A stretch of 64,000 nt of DNA from Bryobacterales bacterium (lineage in GTDB: Bacteria; Acidobacteriota; Terriglobia; Bryobacterales; UBA6623), in the NCBI GenBank assembly GCA_965248235.1, contig CBDFIU010000003.1, forward strand, positions 1,299,573-1,363,572. Reading direction: 5' to 3'. Within the stretch, counting starts at the first letter, position 1, and every line of letters begins with the position of its first letter. The translations under genes were made by a program, and so were the position numbers. The notes beneath the pieces were generated by a model, which worked only from the letters and a program-made list of their open reading frames with translations, was not told the origin of the DNA and made no database searches. Positions 28,946 through 38,480 of the stretch are shown piece after piece.

Positions 28946-29117
28946 CTAGGGGGCATTCCGAATCCGCTTACCGTGAGTTGACCAGAATGGATCGAGCAGC
29001 GCCGCGGGGCCGAAAACACTTCCTCGGAAACGCTCCGAGCGGCATTCGATCAAGCGACCGCGCAACGGTAAGCTCAAGTCTAGCACAGGCCGGTTTGTAT
29101 GTTAGAATTTAATCGCA

Positions 29118-30182
29118 TTGCGGCATCCCAACGAGCGAAAAAAGACGGTTCGAGGGCTTTCGGCGGCCCTGTGCCGGGGCCTATGGAGCGGACGTTTCGT
29201 TCGCGGCCGGTCATGGGCCGCGCAGCCGTTAGCTTGCTTGTTGCTTTTACCGGTCGCCGGCCTCGCCGCCGACGCGAAGGTAGGGCTCAAAACGCGAGCC
29301 GAAGAAACGCTTCAGATTTCGGAATCCGGCGTTCGCACCGAAACCATCAAGGTCGACGTTCCGTTGGTGCTGATCAACGTGACGGTCAGCGACCCAATGA
29401 GCCGTCTTGTCACCGGGCTCGAAAAAGAACATTTCAAACTGCTCGAGGACAAGGTCGAACAGGAAATCACGCAATTCGGCGCCGAGGACGCGCCGCTGTC
29501 GCTGGGGATCGTCTTCGATGCCAGCGGGAGCATGGGCTACAAGATGAGCAAGGCCCGCGAGGCGGTGGCCCAGTTTTTCCGAACCGCTAACCCGGAAGAT
29601 GAATTTTTTCTTATCCAGTTCAATGACCGGCCGGAGTTAATGGGCGGCTTCACGCGCAGTTTGGAAGAGATCCAGAATCGCCTGACCTTCACGCAATCGA
29701 AAGGGCGTACGGCGTTGCTCGACGCCATCTATCTGGCGATCAACCAGATGAAAGAAGCATCGAACACCAAGAAAGCTCTGCTGGTGATCTCCGACGGCGG
29801 CGACAACAGCAGCCGCTACACGGGACGAGAGATCAAGCGGTTGGTGAAGGAAGCCGATGTGCAGATCTATGCCATCGGGATTTTTGAGCCGGTTTCCTCG
29901 CGCGGCCGCACCCCGGAGGAGCTATCGGGACCGAGTCTGCTGACCGAGATCGCCGAACAGACCGGCGGGCGCCAGTTTCCGGTCGAAAACTTAAACGAGT
30001 TACCCGACGTGGCCGCCCGCATCGGGATCGAGCTCCGCAACCAGTATGTTTTAGGATACGTCCCAAAGAGTCAGAAGAAGGATGGAAAATGGCGACGCGT
30101 GCGCGTGACGCTTTCAAAGATTCGCGGCATGCCGCCGTTGCGGGCCCACTATCGATTGGGCTATTACGCGCCCAGCCGTTAA
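29118..30182 (+). CDS. VWA domain protein (acidobacterial type)
   Basis: MIDAS motif DASGSM, GRTALLDAI, VISDGGDNSS and ELRNQYVLGY. Start uncertain. Confidence 0.88.
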   Translation: MRHPNERKKTVRGLSAALCRGLWSGRFVRGRSWAAQPLACLLLLPVAGLAADAKVGLKTRAEETLQISESGVRTETIKVDVPLVLINVTVSDPMSRLVTGLEKEHFKLLEDKVEQEITQFGAEDAPLSLGIVFDASGSMGYKMSKAREAVAQFFRTANPEDEFFLIQFNDRPELMGGFTRSLEEIQNRLTFTQSKGRTALLDAIYLAINQMKEASNTKKALLVISDGGDNSSRYTGREIKRLVKEADVQIYAIGIFEPVSSRGRTPEELSGPSLLTEIAEQTGGRQFPVENLNELPDVAARIGIELRNQYVLGYVPKSQKKDGKWRRVRVTLSKIRGMPPLRAHYRLGYYAPSR

Positions 30183-30271
30183 GTCGTCCGGTTGGCTGAA
30201 ATGACTCGCCGCGAAACCCGTTCCAGGCCGCAACCAAGAAAGAGCCGGCAGTGATCGCAAAGACGCTAGAT

Positions 30272-31231
30272 ATGAGTTTCCGACACGGCTCCTTCCCGAC
30301 CGGAACCATTGCAGTGCTCTCGCGCTTGGCCCGCCGCTCTGTTCTCTGCGTTCTCTCGACAGCGCTCGCGGTCGCGCAACCGGCGGGCAAGGAATCCGGC
30401 GCCGATCCCGGGCTTACGTTTAAGGCCGATACGAAATTGGTTGTGCTGCACACTTCCGTGATCGACAAGGAAGAGCATTTTGTCACCGACCTGCCCCAAG
30501 GCGCTTTCAAGGTCTACGAGGAAGACGTCCTACAGAACCTCAAGATCTTTCGCCGCGAAGACGTTCCCGTCTCGCTCGGGATCTTGGTGGACAACAGCGG
30601 CAGCATGCGCGACAAGCGCCGGCAGGTCAACGCGGCGGCGGTTAACTTCGTCAAAGCCTCTAATCCCAAGGACGAGGTTTTCATCGTCAATTTCAATGAC
30701 GAGGCCTTTCTCGACAGCGATTTCACGAGCGATGTCTTACGGCTGCAAGACGCCCTACAGCGAATCGACTCTCGGGGCGGCACGGCACTCTACGACGCCA
30801 CCGGCATGTCGCTCGATCACCTGAAGGATAAGGCAAAGTGGGACAAACAAGTCCTGTTGATCGTCACCGACGGCGAAGACAACGCCAGCATCGTGGAGCT
30901 GGAGACACTCGTCCGTCGCTTGCAGGAAACCGATACCGTCATCTATGCGGTCGGACTGCTGAGCGCGGAAGACCGCGGGTCCGCCAAACGGGCAACCCGA
31001 GCCGTCCGTCACCTCGTACGGGCCACGGGCGGCAAGGCGTTCTTTCCCAAGAGCGTCGACGAGGTAAACGCGATCACGCAGCAGATCGCCCAAGACATTC
31101 GGAACCAATACATCCTGGCTTATTCGCCCACGCAGGGTGGCGCGGCCGGCTTCCGCAAGGTCAAGGTCGTTCTCTCGGGCAAGCGGACGCGGCGTCTGCG
31201 GGTACGTCACCGGCCCGGGTATTACTTCTAG
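30272..31231 (+). CDS. VWA domain protein (acidobacterial type), tandem paralogue
   Basis: DNSGSMRDKR, GGTALYDA, TDGEDNAS and DIRNQYILAYSP. Confidence 0.88.
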   Translation: MSFRHGSFPTGTIAVLSRLARRSVLCVLSTALAVAQPAGKESGADPGLTFKADTKLVVLHTSVIDKEEHFVTDLPQGAFKVYEEDVLQNLKIFRREDVPVSLGILVDNSGSMRDKRRQVNAAAVNFVKASNPKDEVFIVNFNDEAFLDSDFTSDVLRLQDALQRIDSRGGTALYDATGMSLDHLKDKAKWDKQVLLIVTDGEDNASIVELETLVRRLQETDTVIYAVGLLSAEDRGSAKRATRAVRHLVRATGGKAFFPKSVDEVNAITQQIAQDIRNQYILAYSPTQGGAAGFRKVKVVLSGKRTRRLRVRHRPGYYF

Positions 31232-31549
31232 TCGGCTTCCAAAGCCGCTATCGGCCCTACCAGGGCGGGCCTATTCCATCCACGCCGGTGAACTGTCGCG
31301 TTTTAGGTGGTGCGCGGGCAACTGTTTACAACCGTCGATCGTCACTTTTCCTCTCGCTCCGCGATGGAATGAGTAGTGTCTTCGGTCGCGGGCCGCTATC
31401 GTGAGACTGCCGGAAGCCGCCGTTGCCTTAGACCAAGAAAATGTTCGAATCCGCGTGGTCCGCGGTGGTGCGATCATGCTGGTGGGAGAGGGCCTGGTGT
31501 ATACTGTGAGCCCGCCAAGCTAAGACGTCAATCCTCGGTAGACAGGGAC

Positions 31550-32611
31550 ATGGGAAACCTCAAACTAAGCCGTAGAGCCTTCATGGCTCGGACCGCGGGA
31601 GCGGCCCTCACGCTCTCAGCCGCGGCTCCGGCAAGTAGCGGCGCGAGTCCCCCACAGGCGAAACGTCAGGGGCCCGGCGCGCAGCGGCTGAGTTTGCCCA
31701 AACTCAAGGCCTGGGAAGATCTCGGGTATGGGATGTTCGTTTGCTTTGGGATGGAGACCTATGTTCGCGCGACGGCGCAATTGGAAGTGGCTCCCGCGAA
31801 CACCTACAACCCAGGCGTGCTGGACGTTGACCAATGGGTGCAAATCGCCCGCGACGCCGGCATGCGCTACGCCGTCCTCACCGCGAAGCATGTGTCGGGG
31901 CACTGCCTGTGGCCGAGCCGGTACACGAAACACACTGTCGCCAACAGCGGCAACAAGACCGACGTGGTCGAAGCCTTCGTCAAAGCATGCGACAAGCGAG
32001 GAGTCCTTCCCGGTATCCACTATATGTCCTTGGACGGCCGTCATCGCTTCGGCGGCTCTCGCGCGAGCAAGACCCCTCTGCACAGGGCCTATACGACGTC
32101 GTTCTACCAGGACTTCCAGACGGTGCAAGTCACCGAGTTGCTGACCGCCTACGGCGACATCGCGGAAATGTGGATTAACATTCCTCGTGTGTTGGGGCGA
32201 GGCTACCGCACGTTCTTGTATCGCCATATCGCGGAACTGCAACCCGAGTGCGTGGTTGTGATGCACAACGAACTCGGCGACGGGAAAGTATTCCGCGTGA
32301 ATTACACTTGGCCGTCCGATGTGGTCACCATGACCAGATCCTTGCCGCCGCCGGCCGGGCACGAGAAATGGCGAGAGATCGAAGGGAAGACGTATTACAT
32401 GCCGGGCGAAGTGGTGGATACGCTGGGTAAGGAATGGTTTTACGTGCAGGGCGATCGCCCGCGTCCCAGCGATGAATTGAAGCAGATGTACGTTGAAACA
32501 AGAAAGCGGGGGGCCAACCTGCTCTTGGCGGTGCAACCCGACAGACAAGGCCTCATTCCCGATGATCGCCGGGATGCTCTGATACGGCTGCGGAAAGACG
32601 CGGGCATCTGA
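31550..32611 (+). CDS. GH29 alpha-L-fucosidase-like protein, Tat-exported, atypical active site
   Basis: SRRAFM Tat signal, DVDQWVQIARDAGMRYAVLTAKH, CLWPS and GANLLLAVQPDRQGLIP. The nucleophile position reads WINIP. Confidence 0.8.
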   Translation: MGNLKLSRRAFMARTAGAALTLSAAAPASSGASPPQAKRQGPGAQRLSLPKLKAWEDLGYGMFVCFGMETYVRATAQLEVAPANTYNPGVLDVDQWVQIARDAGMRYAVLTAKHVSGHCLWPSRYTKHTVANSGNKTDVVEAFVKACDKRGVLPGIHYMSLDGRHRFGGSRASKTPLHRAYTTSFYQDFQTVQVTELLTAYGDIAEMWINIPRVLGRGYRTFLYRHIAELQPECVVVMHNELGDGKVFRVNYTWPSDVVTMTRSLPPPAGHEKWREIEGKTYYMPGEVVDTLGKEWFYVQGDRPRPSDELKQMYVETRKRGANLLLAVQPDRQGLIPDDRRDALIRLRKDAGI

Positions 32612-32647
32612 CTGACAAACCATTCCCGACAGGAAGCGCCACCAAGT

Positions 32648-33160
32648 ATGAGTGAAGACCCGCACACAGCAGAGTTGACCACGCGAAGAGCCTTCTATGT
32701 TTCCTGGATCTATGGGCTTTGGGCACTTATCTCGGGCGCCGCGGGGCTGCTTTCCGGATTCTATCTGTTGATTCCCTCCAAGCGGCGCGGGTCTCGGGAT
32801 CTCGTGGAGGCGGGCCGGATCGCGGATTTGCCGACCGACGAGCCCGTGGAAGTAAGCTTCGTCCGCAGTCGCGTGGACGGTTGGAGAGTCACGAAAGAGA
32901 AATCGATCGCCTGGGTGGTCAAGAAGTCGGAAACCGACGTCGTTGCCTTCTCTCCGTACTGCACTCATCTGGCGTGCGCGTACCATTGGGAAGAGGCCAG
33001 TCGAGTTTTCCTGTGTCCCTGTCACACCACGACCTTTTCTCCGGATGGAGCGGTGATCGCCGGGCCCGCCCCTCGCCCGCTGGACCGCTACACAGTTAAA
33101 TTACAAGACGGCAACTTGCTGCTGGGACCTGTCGAGCAGTCTGGAGCCGGTGAGGGATGA
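32648..33160 (+). CDS. Rieske 2Fe-2S protein of a cytochrome bc complex
   Basis: TTRRAF signal plus TM helix, CTHLAC and CPCH boxes, GPAPRPL. Confidence 0.93.
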   Translation: MSEDPHTAELTTRRAFYVSWIYGLWALISGAAGLLSGFYLLIPSKRRGSRDLVEAGRIADLPTDEPVEVSFVRSRVDGWRVTKEKSIAWVVKKSETDVVAFSPYCTHLACAYHWEEASRVFLCPCHTTTFSPDGAVIAGPAPRPLDRYTVKLQDGNLLLGPVEQSGAGEG

Positions 33161-34902
33161 GTTCCCTCGCGAAACGGGTGGTCGAGTGGACCGACGACCG
33201 CACCGGCTTAGCCACGTTCATCGAGAAATTCTTGTACGAGGACATCCCCGCTTCCAGCGGATGGCAACAAGTCTTTGGAAGCATGGCGTTATTCCTGTTT
33301 TTGCTGCAAGCTTTGACCGGGCTTCTTCTGGCGGTGAATTACGCGCCCACACCGGGCGAGGCCTACCACAGTGTCAACTACATCGTGACGGAGCTGACGG
33401 GGGGCTCCATTATTCGGGGCTTGCATCACTGGGGCTCGAGCGTCTTGATCATCGTGGTTGTGCTGCACATGATCCAGGTGGCGATCTGGGGAGCCTACAA
33501 GAAGCCTCGGGAAGCTACCTGGCTGGCGGGAGTGCTCCTGCTGCTTTTGGTGCTTGCTTTTGGTTTGACGGGATATCTGCTTCCTTGGAACAACCGTGCC
33601 TACTGGGGCACGGTGGTAACGACCCAAATCATCGGCAATACTCCTTTCATCGGCGAATACTTGTTGCGGCTGGTCGGAACCGAGGGCGGCGCCGTGGGAG
33701 TCATTACGTTCGCCCGATTCTTCGGGATGCACGTCATGCTGCTGCCCGCGGTTACGGCGGGGTTCATTATTCTGCACGTGTATCTTGTTCGGCGGCACGG
33801 CGCGGCTCCGGCGCCTCAAGAAACAAGTTCGAAGAAGAACTTTTATCCCCAACAGGTCTTTAGGGATACGGTCGCCGTGTTCGTTTCCTTTGTGATTCTG
33901 GCGGGGATGGCGGTATTCGCGGAGGCCCCCCTGGGCGAACTCGCCGACCCCACGGATACGTCCCATATACCGAGACCGGAGTGGTACTTCTTGTTTCTGT
34001 TTCAACTGCTGAAGTACTTCGACGGCTCGGTCGAGGTGGTCGCCACTCACCTATTGCCCGGCCTTGCGCTCGCGGCGCTCGCGGCCGTGCCCTTTGTCGA
34101 CCGCGGTATCGCGAAGAGGGTTCGAGAGCGTACCGTGGCGATCGGCGTCGTCGGTTTGGGCGTGGTCGGGTGGGCGGGCCTGACCGCTGTCGCGGTCGCC
34201 ACGGCGCCCGCTCCGGCCGTTGCCGTTGCCGAAGGCGGGTCGACCGGCGAGGGGGACTTCGGGCTTTCCCTGTCAACAGGTGAGTGGGGACCCGAGGATG
34301 AGCCAGCAGGCCAGGCCGAGAGCCGAGATCGTTGGAAAGATCTGCCGGCCGGCGAGCTTGCGTTGATCGGGTATCTTCGCCAGGACGTTTGTTTGACCTG
34401 CCACACGGTCGGCGAGGATCCATCGAAGCAAGGGCCGGATCTGGCGTGGAGCGTGGTTACGAAATCACCGGACTGGATCACGGACCACTTTAAGGACCCG
34501 TTGGCTGTGCCACATGACGTCGCGATTCCCTTGCCGTCCGCTCGCCCCGGCGAGGGCCAATTGCGGGCGCTTGCCGCCTACCTGACCCAATTGACGCCCG
34601 AGACGGCCGACGTACTGCGGAACGCTCCTAACTTCGCGGCGGAAGCAGCCACACTCTACGAAGAGCACGGCTGCGGTAACTGCCACCGCGTCAACGGCGT
34701 CGGGATGAAGGTCGGCCCCGCCCTCAATGGGCTTGGCCGACGCCGGTCGATCACCTGGATCACGGAAAAGATTCGTAATCCGCGGACCTTTGCGCCGGAG
34801 AGCTTAATGCCCGCCATCGACATTCCCCAAGCGAAGTTGGAGGTGCTGAGCGATTACTTGGCCGCGCTTCCGGCCGAGTCGGCCGAAGCCGCGGAGCAGT
34901 AG
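33157..34902 (+). CDS. cytochrome b (b6 plus subunit IV) fused to two c-type heme domains
   Basis: RGLHHWGSS, TGYLLPW, RFFGMHVMLLP and the PEWY motif. C-terminal CLTCH and CGNCH. Confidence 0.92.
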   Translation: MSSLAKRVVEWTDDRTGLATFIEKFLYEDIPASSGWQQVFGSMALFLFLLQALTGLLLAVNYAPTPGEAYHSVNYIVTELTGGSIIRGLHHWGSSVLIIVVVLHMIQVAIWGAYKKPREATWLAGVLLLLLVLAFGLTGYLLPWNNRAYWGTVVTTQIIGNTPFIGEYLLRLVGTEGGAVGVITFARFFGMHVMLLPAVTAGFIILHVYLVRRHGAAPAPQETSSKKNFYPQQVFRDTVAVFVSFVILAGMAVFAEAPLGELADPTDTSHIPRPEWYFLFLFQLLKYFDGSVEVVATHLLPGLALAALAAVPFVDRGIAKRVRERTVAIGVVGLGVVGWAGLTAVAVATAPAPAVAVAEGGSTGEGDFGLSLSTGEWGPEDEPAGQAESRDRWKDLPAGELALIGYLRQDVCLTCHTVGEDPSKQGPDLAWSVVTKSPDWITDHFKDPLAVPHDVAIPLPSARPGEGQLRALAAYLTQLTPETADVLRNAPNFAAEAATLYEEHGCGNCHRVNGVGMKVGPALNGLGRRRSITWITEKIRNPRTFAPESLMPAIDIPQAKLEVLSDYLAALPAESAEAAEQ

Positions 34903-35081
34903 CGGCAGGCGGGTCGGCGGCGGGACAGGCTTGCAAATCGATCGCCGCGGCTTCGGTGGGGTAGGGGCGTTTGGCGGTTGAGGTGCAATATGTATTCGGC
35001 AATCGGGCGGTTCCTGGAAAATCCGCCGCGACAAGTCGAAGAGATATACTGTAGGCAGGCTGTTCGAGAGCTGGAGGCGAT

Positions 35082-35522
35082 ATGAATACGCAACTCAAAT
35101 TTGGTCTGATCACCGTGGTTATCGTCGGAACGCTGGCCTGGCTCGCTGCTTCCGGCATCAACGAAACCGCCACCTACTACGTCACGATCGAAGAACTGAA
35201 CGCCATGGACAACGCCGTGGAAAAGCGTCTTCGCGTAGGCGGCGACGTGGAACCCAATTCGATCGTTCGCTCGGGCGAAAAAGTCAATTTCATCATTGAG
35301 CAGGAAGACATGAAGCTGTCGGTGGTTTACGTCGGTCGCGACCCGCTCCCCGACACCTTCCGCGACCGCGCCCAAGCTCTTTGCGACGGCCGCTTACGCT
35401 CGGACGGCGTCTTCGAAGCGAAAAAGATCCAGGCCAAATGCGCGTCGAAGTACGAAGCCGATCCCGGCAAAGACGCCCAGCCGGTCTACACCACCGAACC
35501 GAGTAACAAGGCCTCACTCTAA
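35082..35522 (+). CDS. ccmE: cytochrome c maturation heme chaperone, CxxxY type
   Basis: N-terminal TM helix, LRVGGDV, LPDTFRD and KCASKY. Confidence 0.88.
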   Translation: MNTQLKFGLITVVIVGTLAWLAASGINETATYYVTIEELNAMDNAVEKRLRVGGDVEPNSIVRSGEKVNFIIEQEDMKLSVVYVGRDPLPDTFRDRAQALCDGRLRSDGVFEAKKIQAKCASKYEADPGKDAQPVYTTEPSNKASL

Positions 35523-35572
35523 CTCCGGCCCGCACGCCCCGTTGTTCCCAGAGGCTTGCTATCCTCAGCCGT

Positions 35573-36037
35573 ATGGGCCGCTTACTTCTGCTTTTCCTCG
35601 TCGTCCCGATCTTGGAATTGGCCTTGCTGATCGAAGTCGGCCGTCATATCGGCACGCTTCCCACCCTGGCCTTGATCTTCGCCACTGCTTTGCTCGGTTC
35701 GTATCTCGCGAGGCAGCAGGGTCTGAGTGTTCTTCGCAACATGCAGGCCGAGATGGCGCAAGGTCGGCTGCCCGCCGGCTCGATCATCGACGGTGTGTTG
35801 ATCTTGCTGGCCGGAGCGGTTCTGGTCACCCCGGGCATTCTCACCGACGCCTTTGGGTTCTTGATCCTAATCCCCGCGACAAGGGGGTGGATCAAAGCCT
35901 TTCTGTGGAAGCGCATGGAAAAGGCCGTCCGGCAAGGCACCGCGCGGGTCCACGTCCACTTCGATGAAGGCGAGGGGCCTTACCCGCCGTCTTCGGACCC
36001 CGAAGATCAGCTGCCACCCCGGCGACTTCCCGGATAG
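35573..36037 (+). CDS. fxsA: FxsA family membrane protein
   Basis: VPILELALLIEVG, LARQQG, AGAVLVTPGILTDAFG. Confidence 0.9.
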   Translation: MGRLLLLFLVVPILELALLIEVGRHIGTLPTLALIFATALLGSYLARQQGLSVLRNMQAEMAQGRLPAGSIIDGVLILLAGAVLVTPGILTDAFGFLILIPATRGWIKAFLWKRMEKAVRQGTARVHVHFDEGEGPYPPSSDPEDQLPPRRLPG

Positions 36038-36128
36038 TGCATCGCATCCTTTGCCTACCTTGGCCTACCTTGGCCCGTTGCGAAGCGGTTTTCGACGGCC
36101 AAGATGCTATGCTCTGCTAACGGCAGCT

Positions 36129-36872
36129 ATGCAAGTCGTCGGCGTCATCCCCGCTCGCTATCATTCTTCCCGGCTCGACGGTAAGGCCTTGGCCGATATC
36201 GCGGGCTGTCCGATGATCCAGCATGTCTGGAACCGCTGCCGAGAGGCCCGGTCGCTCGATCGCATCATTCTCGCCACCGACGACAAGCGGATCGAAACCG
36301 CCGCCCGAACCTTCGGCGCGGAAGTCGTCATGACCGACCCCGCTCACGCCTCCGGTACCGATCGCGTCGCCGAGGCGGTTCGAGAAATCGATTGCGGCGT
36401 CGTCGTGAACATTCAGGGCGACGAACCCATGCTGGATCCGCTCATGATCGACGAAGTCGTCGCGCCCTTTGCGAGCGAACCGGACACCCGATTCGTCACT
36501 TTAGGACAGGGAATCGAGGAGGAAACCGAGCTTGACGACCCGAATGTCGTCAAGGTCGTTCGAGATCCACGCGGCAATGCCCTCTACTTTTCCCGCTCCC
36601 CTATTCCTTATTCGAGACGCGGCCCGGGGGCGACCGGCGTTGCTCCCCTCAAGCATATCGGCCTCTACGCGTACACGAAGGAATGCCTGGAGCGCTTTGC
36701 CGCCCTCGACCCCACGCCGCTTGAGAAAACCGAGCGGCTCGAACAACTCCGAGCCCTCGAACACGGTATCCCGATTCGCGTCGTTGTGACAAAGTTCCGA
36801 CACCGCGGCATCGGTGTGGATACCCCCGAGGATCTCGAGTCGGCGCGGCGACTCGTGAAACAGGACTGTTAA
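36129..36872 (+). CDS. kdsB: CMP-KDO synthetase
   Basis: VIPARYHSSRLDGKALADI, SGTDRVAE, VNIQGDEP, ALYFSRSPIP and LEQLRALEHG. Confidence 0.96.
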   Translation: MQVVGVIPARYHSSRLDGKALADIAGCPMIQHVWNRCREARSLDRIILATDDKRIETAARTFGAEVVMTDPAHASGTDRVAEAVREIDCGVVVNIQGDEPMLDPLMIDEVVAPFASEPDTRFVTLGQGIEEETELDDPNVVKVVRDPRGNALYFSRSPIPYSRRGPGATGVAPLKHIGLYAYTKECLERFAALDPTPLEKTERLEQLRALEHGIPIRVVVTKFRHRGIGVDTPEDLESARRLVKQDC

Positions 36873-37106
36873 GAAGAAGGCCGCGCGACGACGCCCGAGA
36901 GACGTCGCCCGGCGGGAGACTCAGGCGACGTGAATTCCACAATCGTCGCGCCGCGGCGCCAAGCATGTCTTCCCACTCATGCCGGCCGGGCCACACGATT
37001 TCCGCATACCTGCTCGGGGCCGGCTCCACCAAAACGTTGAGCTGCCGCCGGTTGTATCCCCCGCCTACGCTAGAATTCTCACTAGGGGTTCCGCCGGCGT
37101 TCTCTG

Positions 37107-38204
37107 ATGCGATGGCTTTCGATTTTGCTGTTTGGGGTGAAGCTGAGCCTTCTGCTCGCGGGGTTGTGCGCCGGCTCGCGGGCACAGACGCCTCCCGGCT
37201 TGCTGGGCCTGGCCCCCGAGGAAGCTCCCGTGCCCACGCCCCGAGATTGGGAAAAACTAGGCGTATCGAATTACGAACTACGCATTCTCGAGCGATTCCA
37301 CCGAGACCGCGACGGCATCGAGGGATACCACATTGCTTACGAGAGCCTCGATCTGAGCATGGCGGGCATGCTCATTCAACCCCATATCGAGCTACCCGAC
37401 GAGGAAGAGGTCGCGGCGGCCGCGGCGGCCGGCGTCGAGATAGAGGAGATCAAGTACCCCATGGTCCTACTCAGTCACGGATCTCCGTACGGGCTGACGC
37501 AGGCTTACCGCGAGATCGCCATTGAATTCGCTCGCCGGGGTTACATTGTCTTAGCGCCCAGCTATCGCGGCCGGGGGGGCAGGGAAGGCCGCTCCCAGGG
37601 CTTACCGCAACTCGCCCGCGGGGAAGTCCTCGACCTGCTCCAACTAGTCCAAATCGGTCGCCAAATCGAATACGTCGACACGCTGCGCATGGCGATTCTC
37701 GGCTTCGACGACGGCGCCTCGACCGCCCTGCTTGGTATTGAGCGATCCAATGTCTTTCGCGTAGCCATCCTTATCTCGGCAAGTCCGTTTTCCGGGATGG
37801 TCGAGTACGGATACGCCGGCTTGAAGGTACTGCGCAGCCGCTCCGACGAGATTTTCGGTCGGCAACTGTCCCAGAACGAGCTGATGCGCGAGCTCTATTA
37901 CCGCGATGCTTTCCGGAATGCCCACAAGATCACAACTCCGATGTTGTTGATGACAACCGGATCCGACCCCGGGCGCCGCGACCTGCTCTACTTCGCCGCC
38001 AACCTCAAGCGACTCGGTGTCGAGTACCGCCTGCTCGAATACCCCTCCATGGCTCCCGGCTTCCTAACCGCCGCCGGCAGCGGCGAACATTCCTCTCATT
38101 GGCACGGCGTCCGAGACTCCGCCTGGGCCGAAGTTTTCAACCTAATCGACGAACACCTAGCTCTGCCCGAGGAAGAAGACGCCGAAGCACAAGATCTCGA
38201 GTAG
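37107..38204 (+). CDS. secreted alpha/beta-hydrolase-fold protein with degenerate triad
   Basis: Signal peptide, VLLSHG, RRGYIVLAPSYRGRGG and elbow GFDDG. The His position reads MAPGF. Confidence 0.75.
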   Translation: MRWLSILLFGVKLSLLLAGLCAGSRAQTPPGLLGLAPEEAPVPTPRDWEKLGVSNYELRILERFHRDRDGIEGYHIAYESLDLSMAGMLIQPHIELPDEEEVAAAAAAGVEIEEIKYPMVLLSHGSPYGLTQAYREIAIEFARRGYIVLAPSYRGRGGREGRSQGLPQLARGEVLDLLQLVQIGRQIEYVDTLRMAILGFDDGASTALLGIERSNVFRVAILISASPFSGMVEYGYAGLKVLRSRSDEIFGRQLSQNELMRELYYRDAFRNAHKITTPMLLMTTGSDPGRRDLLYFAANLKRLGVEYRLLEYPSMAPGFLTAAGSGEHSSHWHGVRDSAWAEVFNLIDEHLALPEEEDAEAQDLE

Positions 38205-38480
38205 GCCCACGCCGGCCCGCGGCTTGTCTCGTAATGTGTTGTCATAGCAGGCGTTAGGTTCGTCTTGGCTTCGTTTCGCGGTTTCCGACTTTCGGGTTCG
38301 CGGGCGGGCGGATGAACGGGGGGATTTGCCTCGTCAGGCGATGAGAAATGAGGGCTGGTTGGTTCGCGGGGGGAGACTCCGCTAGAATGACTCTTCCTCT
38401 GATGAGTACGATCAACGCTCGCACCCGCCCTTCCGCGCCGCGCCCTGTTTAGGTCGGAGAATGATCCCTGGTTCATCCTC

